In this document: piece by piece, positions 19,384-28,100 of the stretch
How positions within the stretch are numbered: position 1 is the stretch's first letter
Layout of the letters: each line of letters starts with the position of its first letter
From: a virus
Lineage: Duplodnaviria > Heunggongvirae > Uroviricota > Caudoviricetes
Length of the DNA stretch: 35,746 nucleotides
Virus record (IMG/VR): IMGVR_UViG_2563366879_000004
Location: 1-35,746 of that record
Strand: one strand, 5' to 3'
The notes under the pieces: model-generated
Seen by the model: the letters and a program-made list of their open reading frames with translations, nothing else
Told to the model about the DNA's origin: nothing
The model's database searches: none
Program-made: the position numbers and the translations under genes

Positions 19384-20127
19384 TTAACTGGCTTTCTTTT
19401 TCGGGCGTCCACGTTTTGCCGGTGTCACGCTCCGGGTCTTACGCGGGGCGCGGGTGACCGCTTTTGGCTGCGGCTCCGGCTTCGGTTTCAGCTCCCGCTC
19501 CAGTCGTTCAATCTCTTTTTTGACGCCTGCCTGACAGTCGAGCTGTGTCGCACGTTGCAGGTGAGCCAGCGCACCGGCGGCATCACCAGCGTCACGCAGA
19601 AACAGACCGGTGATTTTGTGCAGCTTTGCGCGCACTTCATCAGGCATGTCAGCCGTGGCGGTCAGTTCAAGGGTGTCCGTCAGCAGGCGGGTATCCACAG
19701 ACTCACCGGCAGCGTGGGCACGCATGGCCGCAAGCGCCACCTCCTCGGTGAACATGTACGGCGGGGTGCGGCGGTGTTTACCCGGCATGGTCAGACCGTA
19801 CTTCAGGGCATAACGGGCAATCTCCAGCGCACCGGCAATATCGCCGGTATCCAGACGCCACAGCATGACCGTCATCAGAATGTCATCCTGTGCACCTTTG
19901 CCCTGCTCCAGCACGCCGTTCACCCACGGCAACCAGAACGGCAGCAGTTCGCGCTTTTTCGCGGCCTTCAGCTCTTTTGAATAAATCGCTTTCAGTGTGC
20001 GCTGGTCTGCGGCCAGCTTGACCAGCATCTGCTCATAGACAGTTGCATGTCGCAGCGGGGCGGCTTCCCGCTGCGCGGTCATCGCTGCCGAGACCCGCAT
20101 CATGTGGCGCTGTGCGGGACTCGTCAT
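19384..20127 (-). CDS. M: Terminase small subunit / endonuclease gpM
   Basis: 247-aa ORF; P2 gpM length and position. Confidence 0.85.
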   Translation of the reverse strand: MTSPAQRHMMRVSAAMTAQREAAPLRHATVYEQMLVKLAADQRTLKAIYSKELKAAKKRELLPFWLPWVNGVLEQGKGAQDDILMTVMLWRLDTGDIAGALEIARYALKYGLTMPGKHRRTPPYMFTEEVALAAMRAHAAGESVDTRLLTDTLELTATADMPDEVRAKLHKITGLFLRDAGDAAGALAHLQRATQLDCQAGVKKEIERLERELKPKPEPQPKAVTRAPRKTRSVTPAKRGRPKKKAS

Positions 20128-20130
20128 CGG

Positions 20131-21204
20131 TTACGCTCCCGGCTCTGCGGTCGCTTTAGCCGGTGTGGAGAAATCACCGACCTTAATTTTTTCCACCAGA
20201 CAACCGGCGGCGTAGTCTTCCACCACGTAATCAATGTTCATTGACTCGTAGTTCTCCACGCGGTCGAGTTTCGGGTTTTCCACAATCACGCGGCGATGGC
20301 TGTCATCCATGTAGTAGATGGACAGATTTTCCAGCTTCGTGATGAGCATCGCATCCGCCGGGAAGTACGGAACGCGTACCGCCGGCAGGTTACCGATGCG
20401 TTTCTGGCTGATGATGACGTCAGCGGCCAGCATTTCGCTGTTGTCCTGCTCCTTGTTGATGATGGGGAAATACTTGTCCGCCAGTAGCTGGCGACCCACA
20501 ATCACCACAAGGTCAGGGTCTTCCTGATACCACGGTTCAATCAGGTTGTTGGTCGCATCCATCACCAGCGCGTCAAGGCTGGCATAATCACCGCCCTTAC
20601 CCACGCGGATGACCTCAGAGGTGGTGCGGCCTTCCTCGTCAGTGACCTTGCTCATCACGCGCGCCGGGGCTTCATTGCGGTATTTCTGCAGCCAGCCGAC
20701 GGCCACATCCTGCAGCATCGGATTGCTGCTGCGGTCAGAGGTTTCGGCACGCTTCACGCCGTTAAAACCGGCCATGATGAAATCAAGGGACTGGCGTTTG
20801 ATAATGGCGTTACGGATACGGAGCTGGAAATCCTGATAACGCGCCCACAGGTCCAGCGTTTTGTAGCGGATATAAAAATCGAAGTTAATCTGGTCGCATT
20901 CGTACTTACTGGACGCCAGCTTCGAGAAGTCCTTCGGCTGACGCTCGGTGCCACCGGCGGTGTCGGTGGTGCTGGCGATGGAGCCGGTGACACCGATGCC
21001 AATTTTTTCCCCTTTCATTTCGCTGACCGGCACAATATTGATGCGGGTCAGAAAGTCAGAGGACTCCTGCATGGTGTTCATCAGGGTCTGGGTGACCGAC
21101 GGTTCAACGGTGAATTTTTTCGACACATCACCGGCGTCGATGCCGTTCAGTTCGGCAACACGGGACAGGTAGGCATTAAATTTAAAGCGGGTTTCCTGGC
21201 GCAT
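20131..21204 (-). CDS. N: Major capsid protein gpN
   Basis: 357-aa ORF; P2 gpN length and position. Confidence 0.9.
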   Translation of the reverse strand: MRQETRFKFNAYLSRVAELNGIDAGDVSKKFTVEPSVTQTLMNTMQESSDFLTRINIVPVSEMKGEKIGIGVTGSIASTTDTAGGTERQPKDFSKLASSKYECDQINFDFYIRYKTLDLWARYQDFQLRIRNAIIKRQSLDFIMAGFNGVKRAETSDRSSNPMLQDVAVGWLQKYRNEAPARVMSKVTDEEGRTTSEVIRVGKGGDYASLDALVMDATNNLIEPWYQEDPDLVVIVGRQLLADKYFPIINKEQDNSEMLAADVIISQKRIGNLPAVRVPYFPADAMLITKLENLSIYYMDDSHRRVIVENPKLDRVENYESMNIDYVVEDYAAGCLVEKIKVGDFSTPAKATAEPGA

Positions 21205-21262
21205 AGTTTTTCCTGAAATTAAGGGTTAATCGTGAAGGTTTTCCCGGACTGACTGACGTCGG

Positions 21263-22117
21263 TCAGCAGTTCGTCATCAGGGCATCACCGCCACCGCCGG
21301 TGGCCTTGCTGCGGCGCTGCTGGGTCAGACTTTCGGTGCTGTCGAGACTGTTTTTCAGGCGGGTGAATGCCTGGCTGGTTTCATCCGCCCTGTCAGTCAC
21401 CTCCTGCTTAAGTGCGGAAAAAGCGGTTTCCATCTCAGCGAGGCGCTGCTCAGTGGCGCTCAGTTTTTCCTGCACATGTTCAGCAACAGCGGTCACCGCC
21501 TCATGCACGTCATTCAGACGGGCGTCATCGCTGGCCTGTTTGCGGCCAAAAATGGATTTCACCTTTTCGGTCAGGGCGGTGAACACGGTTTCAGGCAGGT
21601 CTTCAAATTCCAGCTCAACAGGCGTTGCCACTGAAATCAGGTTTTCAGGGCTTAATTTGAAGCGGTTCAGGGGGTTGTGTTTTGCCGTGCGGCAGAATTC
21701 CAGATATTCCGTGCCGAGGCTTGCCGGGTCATCGGTGACGGCCAGCCCCACCAGATAACATTTGCCGGTGTTGGCAAAGTTCGGCTGAATTTCCATTGAG
21801 GTATAGACCTTCTGCGCGGCCTTGTTCATCGCGATAAGGTCATCGGTCGGGGTGATTTTCGCAAACAGCGCCCATTTGCCTTTCAGCGCCGAATCATCGT
21901 CAATCTTTTCGGCCTTCAGTTCGACCACATCGCCATAACGTTTAAAAATACCGTCAGGCAGGATGCCGCGCAGATGTTCCAGGTTAATGCGGCAACCATA
22001 GACTCGCGGGTCAAAGGTTTCGGCCATTTCCTGAATATCCTGCGCACTGATGACACGCCCGTCACAGGTGTCACCCTCAACGCCGATACGAAAGAATTTT
22101 GAGACTTTTTTTGCCAT
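21263..22117 (-). CDS. O: Capsid scaffolding protein gpO
   Basis: ATG at 22117 gives 284 aa (MAKKVSKFFRIGVEG...), P2 gpO length; the supplied ORF is longer. Confidence 0.85.
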   Translation of the reverse strand: MAKKVSKFFRIGVEGDTCDGRVISAQDIQEMAETFDPRVYGCRINLEHLRGILPDGIFKRYGDVVELKAEKIDDDSALKGKWALFAKITPTDDLIAMNKAAQKVYTSMEIQPNFANTGKCYLVGLAVTDDPASLGTEYLEFCRTAKHNPLNRFKLSPENLISVATPVELEFEDLPETVFTALTEKVKSIFGRKQASDDARLNDVHEAVTAVAEHVQEKLSATEQRLAEMETAFSALKQEVTDRADETSQAFTRLKNSLDSTESLTQQRRSKATGGGGDALMTNC

Positions 22118-22290
22118 TGTCAGGAGTCCTGAATAGTGATTAGAGGAGTCACATGTCGGCATCAGTTTCCCGACGATGCGCATCCTCCGCCATCAGTCCC
22201 GGATGGCTTATCACTGACACAACAGCACCTTAGCGAATCGCAGGGCGCGACTCAGTAGCCTTGCCGTGTATTCATCACGGCGAGGTATTC
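22118..22290. promoter_or_regulatory. Divergent late-promoter region between O (minus) and P (plus); Ogr-dependent promoters expected
   Basis: Only intergenic space between divergently oriented late operons; individual -10/-35 or Ogr dyad elements could not be pinpointed by eye. Confidence 0.4.
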
Positions 22291-24063
22291 ATGACCATCA
22301 CCACAGACACCACTCTTTTACACGACCCGCGTCGTCAGGCGGCGCTGCTGTACTGGCAGGGGTTTTCCGTGCCGCAGATTGCCGCCATGTTGCAGATGAA
22401 ACGCCCGACGGTGCAGAGCTGGAAACAGCGCGACGGCTGGGACAGCGTTGCCCCCATCAGCCGTGTCGAAATGAGTCTGGAAGCGCGGCTGACCCAGCTC
22501 ATCATCAAACCGCAGAAAACCGGCGGTGACTTCAAGGAAATTGACCTGCTGGGACGCCAGATTGAACGACTGGCACGGGTCAACCGCTACAGCCAGACCG
22601 GCAACGAGGCAGACCTTAATCCGAACGTCGCTAACCGCAACAAAGGCGGGCGTCGCAAACCGAAAAAGAATTTTTTCAGTGACGAGGCCATCGAAAAGCT
22701 GGAGCAGATTTTCTTTGAGCAGTCTTTCGACTATCAGTTGCACTGGTATCGTGCCGGGCTTGAGCACCGCATCCGCGATATCCTGAAATCCCGCCAGATT
22801 GGCGCGACGTTTTATTTTTCCCGCGAGGCGCTGCTGCGCGCCCTGAAAACCGGCCATAACCAGATTTTTCTGTCGGCCAGTAAAACGCAGGCGTATGTGT
22901 TCCGTGAATACATCATCGCCTTTGCCCGGCTGGTTGACGTTGACCTGACCGGTGACCCGATTGTCCTGGGCAATAACGGCGCAAAACTGATTTTTCTCGG
23001 CACCAACTCCAACACCGCACAGAGCCATAACGGCGACCTGTACGTCGACGAGATTTTCTGGATCCCGAATTTTCAGGTACTGCGTAAGGTGGCATCTGGT
23101 ATGGCCTCACAGAGTCACCTGCGCTCGACCTATTTCTCCACCCCGTCCACGCTGGCGCACGACGCCTACCCGTTCTGGTCGGGTGAACTGTTTAACCGGG
23201 GACGCGCCAGCGCCGCCGAACGCGTGGAAATCGACGTCAGTCATAACGCCCTTGCCGGTGGGCTTCTCTGTGCGGACGGCCAGTGGCGACAGATTGTCAC
23301 CATTGAGGACGCCCTGAAAGGCGGCTGCACGCTGTTCGACATTGAGCAGCTCAAACGCGAAAACAGCGCCGACGATTTTAAAAACCTGTTCATGTGTGAA
23401 TTTGTTGACGACAAGGCATCGGTGTTCCCGTTCGAGGAGCTGCAACGCTGCATGGTCGACACGCTGGAAGAATGGGAAGACTATGCGCCGTTTGCCGCCA
23501 ATCCGTTCGGCTCCCGCCCGGTATGGATTGGTTACGACCCGTCACACCGTGGCGACAGCGCCGGATGCGTGGTACTGGCACCGCCGGTGGTGGCCGGTGG
23601 CAAATTCAGGATACTTGAGCGTCACCAGTGGAAAGGCATGGACTTTGCCACCCAGGCTGAATCCATCCGCAAACTCACCGAAAAATACAACGTCGAATAC
23701 ATCGGAATTGATGCCACCGGCCTCGGTGTCGGCGTGTTCCAGCTCGTGCGCTCGTTCTATCCCGCCGCGCGTGATATCCGCTACACGCCGGAAATGAAAA
23801 CCGCAATGGTGCTCAAGGCAAAAGACGTTATCCGCCGTGGCTGTCTGGAATACGACGTCAGCGCCACCGACATCACCAGCTCGTTTATGGCTATCCGCAA
23901 GACCATGACCAGCAGCGGACGCAGCGCCACGTATGAGGCCAGCCGCAGCGAGGAAGCCAGCCACGCCGACCTCGCCTGGGCGACCATGCACGCCCTGTTA
24001 AATGAGCCACTCACCGCCGGTATCAGCACCCCGCTGACATCCACCATTCTGGAGTTTTACTGA
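22291..24063 (+). CDS. P: Terminase large subunit (ATPase) gpP
   Basis: ATG at 22291 with GAGGT 5 nt upstream gives 590 aa (MTITTDTTLLHD...), P2 gpP length. Confidence 0.9.
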   Translation: MTITTDTTLLHDPRRQAALLYWQGFSVPQIAAMLQMKRPTVQSWKQRDGWDSVAPISRVEMSLEARLTQLIIKPQKTGGDFKEIDLLGRQIERLARVNRYSQTGNEADLNPNVANRNKGGRRKPKKNFFSDEAIEKLEQIFFEQSFDYQLHWYRAGLEHRIRDILKSRQIGATFYFSREALLRALKTGHNQIFLSASKTQAYVFREYIIAFARLVDVDLTGDPIVLGNNGAKLIFLGTNSNTAQSHNGDLYVDEIFWIPNFQVLRKVASGMASQSHLRSTYFSTPSTLAHDAYPFWSGELFNRGRASAAERVEIDVSHNALAGGLLCADGQWRQIVTIEDALKGGCTLFDIEQLKRENSADDFKNLFMCEFVDDKASVFPFEELQRCMVDTLEEWEDYAPFAANPFGSRPVWIGYDPSHRGDSAGCVVLAPPVVAGGKFRILERHQWKGMDFATQAESIRKLTEKYNVEYIGIDATGLGVGVFQLVRSFYPAARDIRYTPEMKTAMVLKAKDVIRRGCLEYDVSATDITSSFMAIRKTMTSSGRSATYEASRSEEASHADLAWATMHALLNEPLTAGISTPLTSTILEFY

Positions 24064-25097
24064 TGAGCAAGAAAAAAGGGAAAACACAGCAACCTGCGGC
24101 AAAAAAAATGACCGCCAGCGCCCCGAAAATGGAGGCATTCACCTTTGGTGAGCCAGTGCCGGTACTCGACCGCCGTGACATTCTGGATTACGTCGAATGC
24201 ATCAGTAACGGCAGATGGTATGAGCCACCGGTCAGCTTTACCGGTCTGGCAAAAAGCCTGCGTGCTGCCGTGCATCACAGCTCACCGATTTACGTCAAAC
24301 GTAATATTCTGGCTTCAACGTTTATCCCGCACCCGTGGCTTTCCCAGCAGGATTTCAGCCGCTTTGTGCTGGATTTTCTGGTGTTCGGTAATGCGTTTCT
24401 GGAAAAGCGTTACAGCCCCACCGGTAAGGTCATCAGACTGGAAACCTCACCGGCAAAATATACCCGCCGTGGCGTGGAGGAGGATGTTTACTGGTGGGTG
24501 CCGTCCTTCAACGAGCCGACAGCCTTCGCGCCCGGTTCCGTGTTTCACCTGCTGGAGCCCGATATTAATCAGGAGCTGTACGGCCTGCCGGAATATCTCA
24601 GCGCCCTTAACTCTGCCTGGCTGAATGAGTCGGCCACGCTGTTCCGCCGCAAGTATTACGAAAACGGCGCACATGCCGGATACATCATGTACGTTACCGA
24701 TGCCGTGCAGGATCGCAACGATATCGAAATGCTTCGCGAAAACATGGTTAAGTCGAAAGGCCGCAATAACTTTAAAAATCTGTTTCTCTATGCCCCGCAG
24801 GGGAAAGCCGACGGCATTAAAATTATCCCCCTCAGTGAAGTGGCAACGAAGGACGATTTTTTTAATATCAAAAAATCCAGCGCCGCTGACCTGCTGGACG
24901 CGCACCGCATCCCCTTTCAGTTGATGGGCGGCAAGCCGGAGAACGTCGGGTCGCTGGGTGATATTGAGAAAGTGGCAAAGGTCTTTGTCCGCAATGAGCT
25001 TATCCCGTTACAGGACAGGATTCGGGAAATAAACGGCTGGCTCGGTCAGGAGGTCATCCGCTTTAAAAACTACTCACTGGACACAGACAACGGCTGA
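24063..25097 (+). CDS. Q: Portal protein gpQ
   Basis: 344-aa ORF; TGATG overlap with the P stop; P2 gpQ length. Confidence 0.9.
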   Translation: MSKKKGKTQQPAAKKMTASAPKMEAFTFGEPVPVLDRRDILDYVECISNGRWYEPPVSFTGLAKSLRAAVHHSSPIYVKRNILASTFIPHPWLSQQDFSRFVLDFLVFGNAFLEKRYSPTGKVIRLETSPAKYTRRGVEEDVYWWVPSFNEPTAFAPGSVFHLLEPDINQELYGLPEYLSALNSAWLNESATLFRRKYYENGAHAGYIMYVTDAVQDRNDIEMLRENMVKSKGRNNFKNLFLYAPQGKADGIKIIPLSEVATKDDFFNIKKSSAADLLDAHRIPFQLMGGKPENVGSLGDIEKVAKVFVRNELIPLQDRIREINGWLGQEVIRFKNYSLDTDNG

Positions 25098-25102
25098 ACA
25101 TC

Positions 25103-25124
25103 GCCGCCTGCGGGCGGCTTTTTT
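25103..25124 (+). terminator. Rho-independent terminator after Q
   Basis: gccgcc-tgcg-ggcggc hairpin followed by tttttt, 6 nt after the Q stop. Confidence 0.7.
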
Positions 25125-25265
25125 ACAGCCCGTCATCACGCCCTCACACGCTCACCACCGCACAAAACAGCCCGCAGACACACCAACGCCCCGGCTAACA
25201 ATCTAAACGCCATCACGACGCGCTCAGACGCTGAAAAAATAAAATCAGCACCACCGCCAGCGCGC

Positions 25266-25284
25266 AGTGCTTTCCCCGCCTCGC
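25266..25284 (-). other. cos: cos cohesive-end site (19 nt, GGCGAGGCGGGGAAAGCAC on minus strand)
   Basis: Plus strand gtgctttccccgcctcgcc is the reverse complement of the recalled P2 19-nt cohesive end; located just beyond Q as in P2. Confidence 0.8.
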
Positions 25285-25434
25285 CCGCCCGCTTAATGGG
25301 GCGGTTTTGATGCAGTTGTATAACGACGCAGACTTCCTGACAGTTCTATCAACTCATAACAAAAAAAAGCATTACAGATGAATGCAAAATCATGCAACTA
25401 ATGATGGCGTACAGGCTAGGTGAGAAAATAAATG

Positions 25435-26235
25435 CTATTTCATCAGTCCTATAAAAGCTGCTGTCATGCTACCCAATGCACCAATAGCAGCAAATAACGT
25501 TGCCCAAAACATGCTTTTTTGGCTACGAATATTCTCATTATATCGTTGTTTTTCATTATTGAAGTGATTTAACGTATTAATTGCTTTTCCGGTGGGCTTA
25601 TAACCATCTCGAGTCTTTGAAATGTCCCCACTCTCTACAAGGGAATCCAGACATAAGCGAAGTTCTTTTATGAGTCGAGAATAATCATCATGGTAGATCC
25701 ATAAACGTCCTGCCACATCATTCATAATTAGAGTCTCACTGAATGGTTTTTCCCCTTGTTGCTCTCGATAAATTCTGACAATTGCAGCCAATACCGTCAT
25801 TACATCAGTTATCTCCTGCTTGCGTTGTCGATACAAATACTTCTCACGACTTAGCTTTTTATTTTGACGATCCGCTATTCTTCTAAATCTAAGTACATTA
25901 AAATAAGATAAATCATCCAATGAGTCAAACTTCAATTCATGCGCATGATAATAATAAATTCCAGAAAAGGAATTTGATGTAAGTCGTTCTGGTTTAAGAA
26001 TTGTATCAATATTGAAAGTTTTATTCTGATGATTCCACTTCTTAACCTTTATAATTCCGTTTGAATAACTATCAAAAAGATAGTCATTACCCTCGTCATC
26101 CTTAATGTAAACGGAATACATATCGTAATGAATGGCACTCTCATACATTAAACTAATTTTGCCATTTTCAGGGATCTTCTTTGACTCAAAAACTTTCAGA
26201 AACTTTACAACATCAACTTTATTTTTATGCCTCAT
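25435..26235 (-). CDS. Hypothetical 266-aa protein with a single C-terminal transmembrane anchor; candidate effector of the adjacent RT system
   Basis: AT-rich ORF 165 nt downstream of the RT gene on the same strand; C-terminus MFWATLFAAIGALGSMTAAFIGLMK is strongly hydrophobic; no recognised catalytic motif. Confidence 0.6.
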   Translation of the reverse strand: MRHKNKVDVVKFLKVFESKKIPENGKISLMYESAIHYDMYSVYIKDDEGNDYLFDSYSNGIIKVKKWNHQNKTFNIDTILKPERLTSNSFSGIYYYHAHELKFDSLDDLSYFNVLRFRRIADRQNKKLSREKYLYRQRKQEITDVMTVLAAIVRIYREQQGEKPFSETLIMNDVAGRLWIYHDDYSRLIKELRLCLDSLVESGDISKTRDGYKPTGKAINTLNHFNNEKQRYNENIRSQKSMFWATLFAAIGALGSMTAAFIGLMK

Positions 26236-26400
26236 ACATTCAGCCTTGACTGTAAACCACCATATTAAATGATTGCACTAACGACTCGTACTACTTATTG
26301 TTCAACCCAGTCAGAACTGAAAGCAAACTTTTGCACTAACTGGGTTTCCATCATAATATATCGATACTAATAAAATCCGATATTATTATATTTTAGTGTA

Positions 26401-27351
26401 TTAAACCGATGTATTTGCTTTCAACGTCAATACCTTCGATCTATAACGTTTTTCAATAACCCCCATTGAATATAAACGACCAAATAATTTCTTTGCTGTT
26501 CTTGTATCTTTAGCTTGTTCTACATCTTTTATTATTTTCCAAAGCTCTATTTCTCTAGCCATAAGATAATGCTGTTCGTTCCTAACCTTTAAGCTATCCC
26601 CAAATACTATCACTCCTGTCACTAGTTTAGGCTTATCCCCAGCATATAATTTCGTTTTAGTTGGATGCATAACGTGTCCATGCTTATTAATAATCTTACG
26701 AATCACGCTGCAAAACAATCGATTTACATTATCTCCAGAAAAAGTAAGATCATCGACATAAACTGTCATTTTCACACGAAACTTCTCACAAAGTTGATTC
26801 ATTTCATCAAACATTCTGGAATTTGCAAAATATGCTAATGGCATACTAATCCGACTACCCGTTGGCAATCGTTCATGACAGGTACATATATGAGATAAAA
26901 TATCAGCCACATCTGGCGACATTTTCATTATTGAGAAAAAGAAAGAAAATATCATTTCTCTTGTTGTTGACGGAAAAAAAGATCTAATATCTGTAGTCAT
27001 CAACTTCTGATGATTGAGATGTGCTTTAGCATTTGTTATGTTAGAGCAACTTTTTTTACCAGAGTGTAAATATTCGGGCATAGCTATACGCAATAATAGA
27101 CTCGCAATACGTGTATGCACTACATCTAATTTTTCTAAAGGCTTTTGTATTTTCCGTATTTTATTTTTTTTAGAAAGCTGTTCAAAAATAGAGTAATTAC
27201 CCTCATCCCTTTTCAAAACTGATAGGTCATTGATACTAACGCAGAGCAAGCTAGCCAACTTTTTTTTACTTTTAAGTTTATAAAGTGGCGAATCCGTAAT
27301 AGGATAAGATTTATTTTTAGTTGAAACCTTCAGCTTAATCCTTTTTTTCAT
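26401..27351 (-). CDS. Retron-type reverse transcriptase (316 aa)
   Basis: RT motifs in order: NAKAH (retron NAxxH), DIRSFFPS, LPTGSRISMPLAYF (LPxG...SxP), YVDD catalytic box (VYVDDLTFS), and KLVTGVIV (retron VTG motif); size typical of retron RTs; very AT-rich. Confidence 0.8.
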   Translation of the reverse strand: MKKRIKLKVSTKNKSYPITDSPLYKLKSKKKLASLLCVSINDLSVLKRDEGNYSIFEQLSKKNKIRKIQKPLEKLDVVHTRIASLLLRIAMPEYLHSGKKSCSNITNAKAHLNHQKLMTTDIRSFFPSTTREMIFSFFFSIMKMSPDVADILSHICTCHERLPTGSRISMPLAYFANSRMFDEMNQLCEKFRVKMTVYVDDLTFSGDNVNRLFCSVIRKIINKHGHVMHPTKTKLYAGDKPKLVTGVIVFGDSLKVRNEQHYLMAREIELWKIIKDVEQAKDTRTAKKLFGRLYSMGVIEKRYRSKVLTLKANTSV

Positions 27352-27637
27352 TTCTTTTACTTACCCACTCTAGTATATCCAGAACTTTCCCTGCCAGTTT
27401 TAAACGTAAACTTTTGGATAATCGTCCTTGTGTCCCTAATGATTCTGAAAAAAAGACCAAAGAGGATACTGGCATGTCGAAATGGGAAGCATAACGCTGC
27501 AAAATATCAATCGACGGCACCCATAGTCCGCTTTCAATCTCTACTATTCTGCTTTTTGGAATACCTAAAGATGATGATAAGTCAACTATTGATTCTTTAT
27601 GGTATTGCCTTATTAAACGAAGGGCTTTATGCAACAT
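27335..27637 (-). CDS. XRE-family helix-turn-helix protein (about 100 aa) overlapping the RT start
   Basis: HTH-like segment IVDLSSSLGIPKSRIVEIESG; preferred ATG at 27637 has GGAG 6 nt upstream (the supplied ORF starts at 27649); 3' end overlaps the RT start by 17 nt, suggesting translational coupling. Confidence 0.65.
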   Translation of the reverse strand: MLHKALRLIRQYHKESIVDLSSSLGIPKSRIVEIESGLWVPSIDILQRYASHFDMPVSSLVFFSESLGTQGRLSKSLRLKLAGKVLDILEWVSKRNEKKD

Positions 27638-27673
27638 AGGCAACTCCATCTTGTTGAAACTAGGGAGGACGCA

Positions 27674-27829
27674 TTACTCATCTCCCCCTTCAAAGAAGTC
27701 AACTGCGCGAGTGATCCAATAAAGTAGTCTAATAAGCCACTTAATTACACCCCAAGCGTTAGGAGTCTTCTTTTTCCGGTTTAACTTGTTTTGCGCCTGC
27801 TGTTCGTTGGTTACTTTATCATTTTTCAT
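27674..27829 (-). CDS. Possible 51-aa peptide with basic N-terminus and one hydrophobic helix (MKNDKV...WGVIKWLIRLLYWITRAV...)
   Basis: ATG at 27829 preceded by AAGGAG at 6-nt spacing; lies within the supplied 97-aa ORF 27674..27967; could instead be non-coding leader or ncRNA sequence. Confidence 0.35.
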   Translation of the reverse strand: MKNDKVTNEQQAQNKLNRKKKTPNAWGVIKWLIRLLYWITRAVDFFEGGDE

Positions 27830-28100
27830 GATCTGCTCCTTATGTCCACGGTGTGCAAACGATATGTCTGCTCCAGCACCATGGCTCGCCCTCATAAGGA
27901 TGAGATTGAACAGCACCAGCTCCCTGCTCCACGAACCCTTTGTCGCCCAAAGGGTTCGAATACCCATACGCTATGCCGCGTGAATCAGAGACTCCTGTCG
28001 CTGACAGAGGCGTTGCGCGGGGTAAATGTTAGAAAGCATTAGCTTTCCACGGGCAATAAATACCCAATTGATGGCGATTTATCTCACTAACTAACCAATG
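27830..28100 (-). ncRNA. Candidate structured leader or retron msr/msd-like ncRNA upstream of the RT operon (boundaries uncertain)
   Basis: Perfect 11-bp stem cgaaccctttg/caaagggttcg (27932-27958), 8-bp stem 28030-28049, imperfect stem 27992-28010, direct repeats of cgtgga; retron ncRNAs are normally encoded just upstream of the RT operon. The a1/a2 repeats could not be confirmed by eye. Confidence 0.3.

Noticed and set aside
19381-21172. Plus-strand and alternative ORFs within M and N (for example 19381..19980, 20754..21002)
   Set aside because: Antisense or out-of-frame to terminase and capsid genes.
21300-21758. 152-aa plus-strand ORF within scaffold gene O
   Set aside because: Antisense to O; Ser/Arg-rich low-complexity translation.
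22266-25000. Multiple ORFs on both strands overlapping P and Q (for example 22318..23028 minus, 23542..23991 minus, 24145..24624 plus, 24447..24905 minus)
   Set aside because: P and Q have the expected lengths and a coupled TGATG junction; these are shadow frames.
25285-25310. Weak hairpin (ccgccc/gggcgg plus tttt) just after cos, as a possible terminator
   Set aside because: Short imperfect stem overlapping the cos/packaging region; more likely part of the terminase recognition sequence.
26236-26400. The RT to 266-aa intergenic region as the retron ncRNA
   Set aside because: It contains only an 8-bp inverted repeat with a large loop and lies downstream of the RT, whereas retron ncRNAs normally precede the RT operon; kept as a minor alternative.
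27674-27967. Long form (97 aa) of the small ORF upstream of the HTH gene
   Set aside because: The first ATG has no SD and its N-terminal half would read through a strong hairpin-rich leader; the shorter 51-aa version with AAGGAG is preferred, though even that is uncertain.
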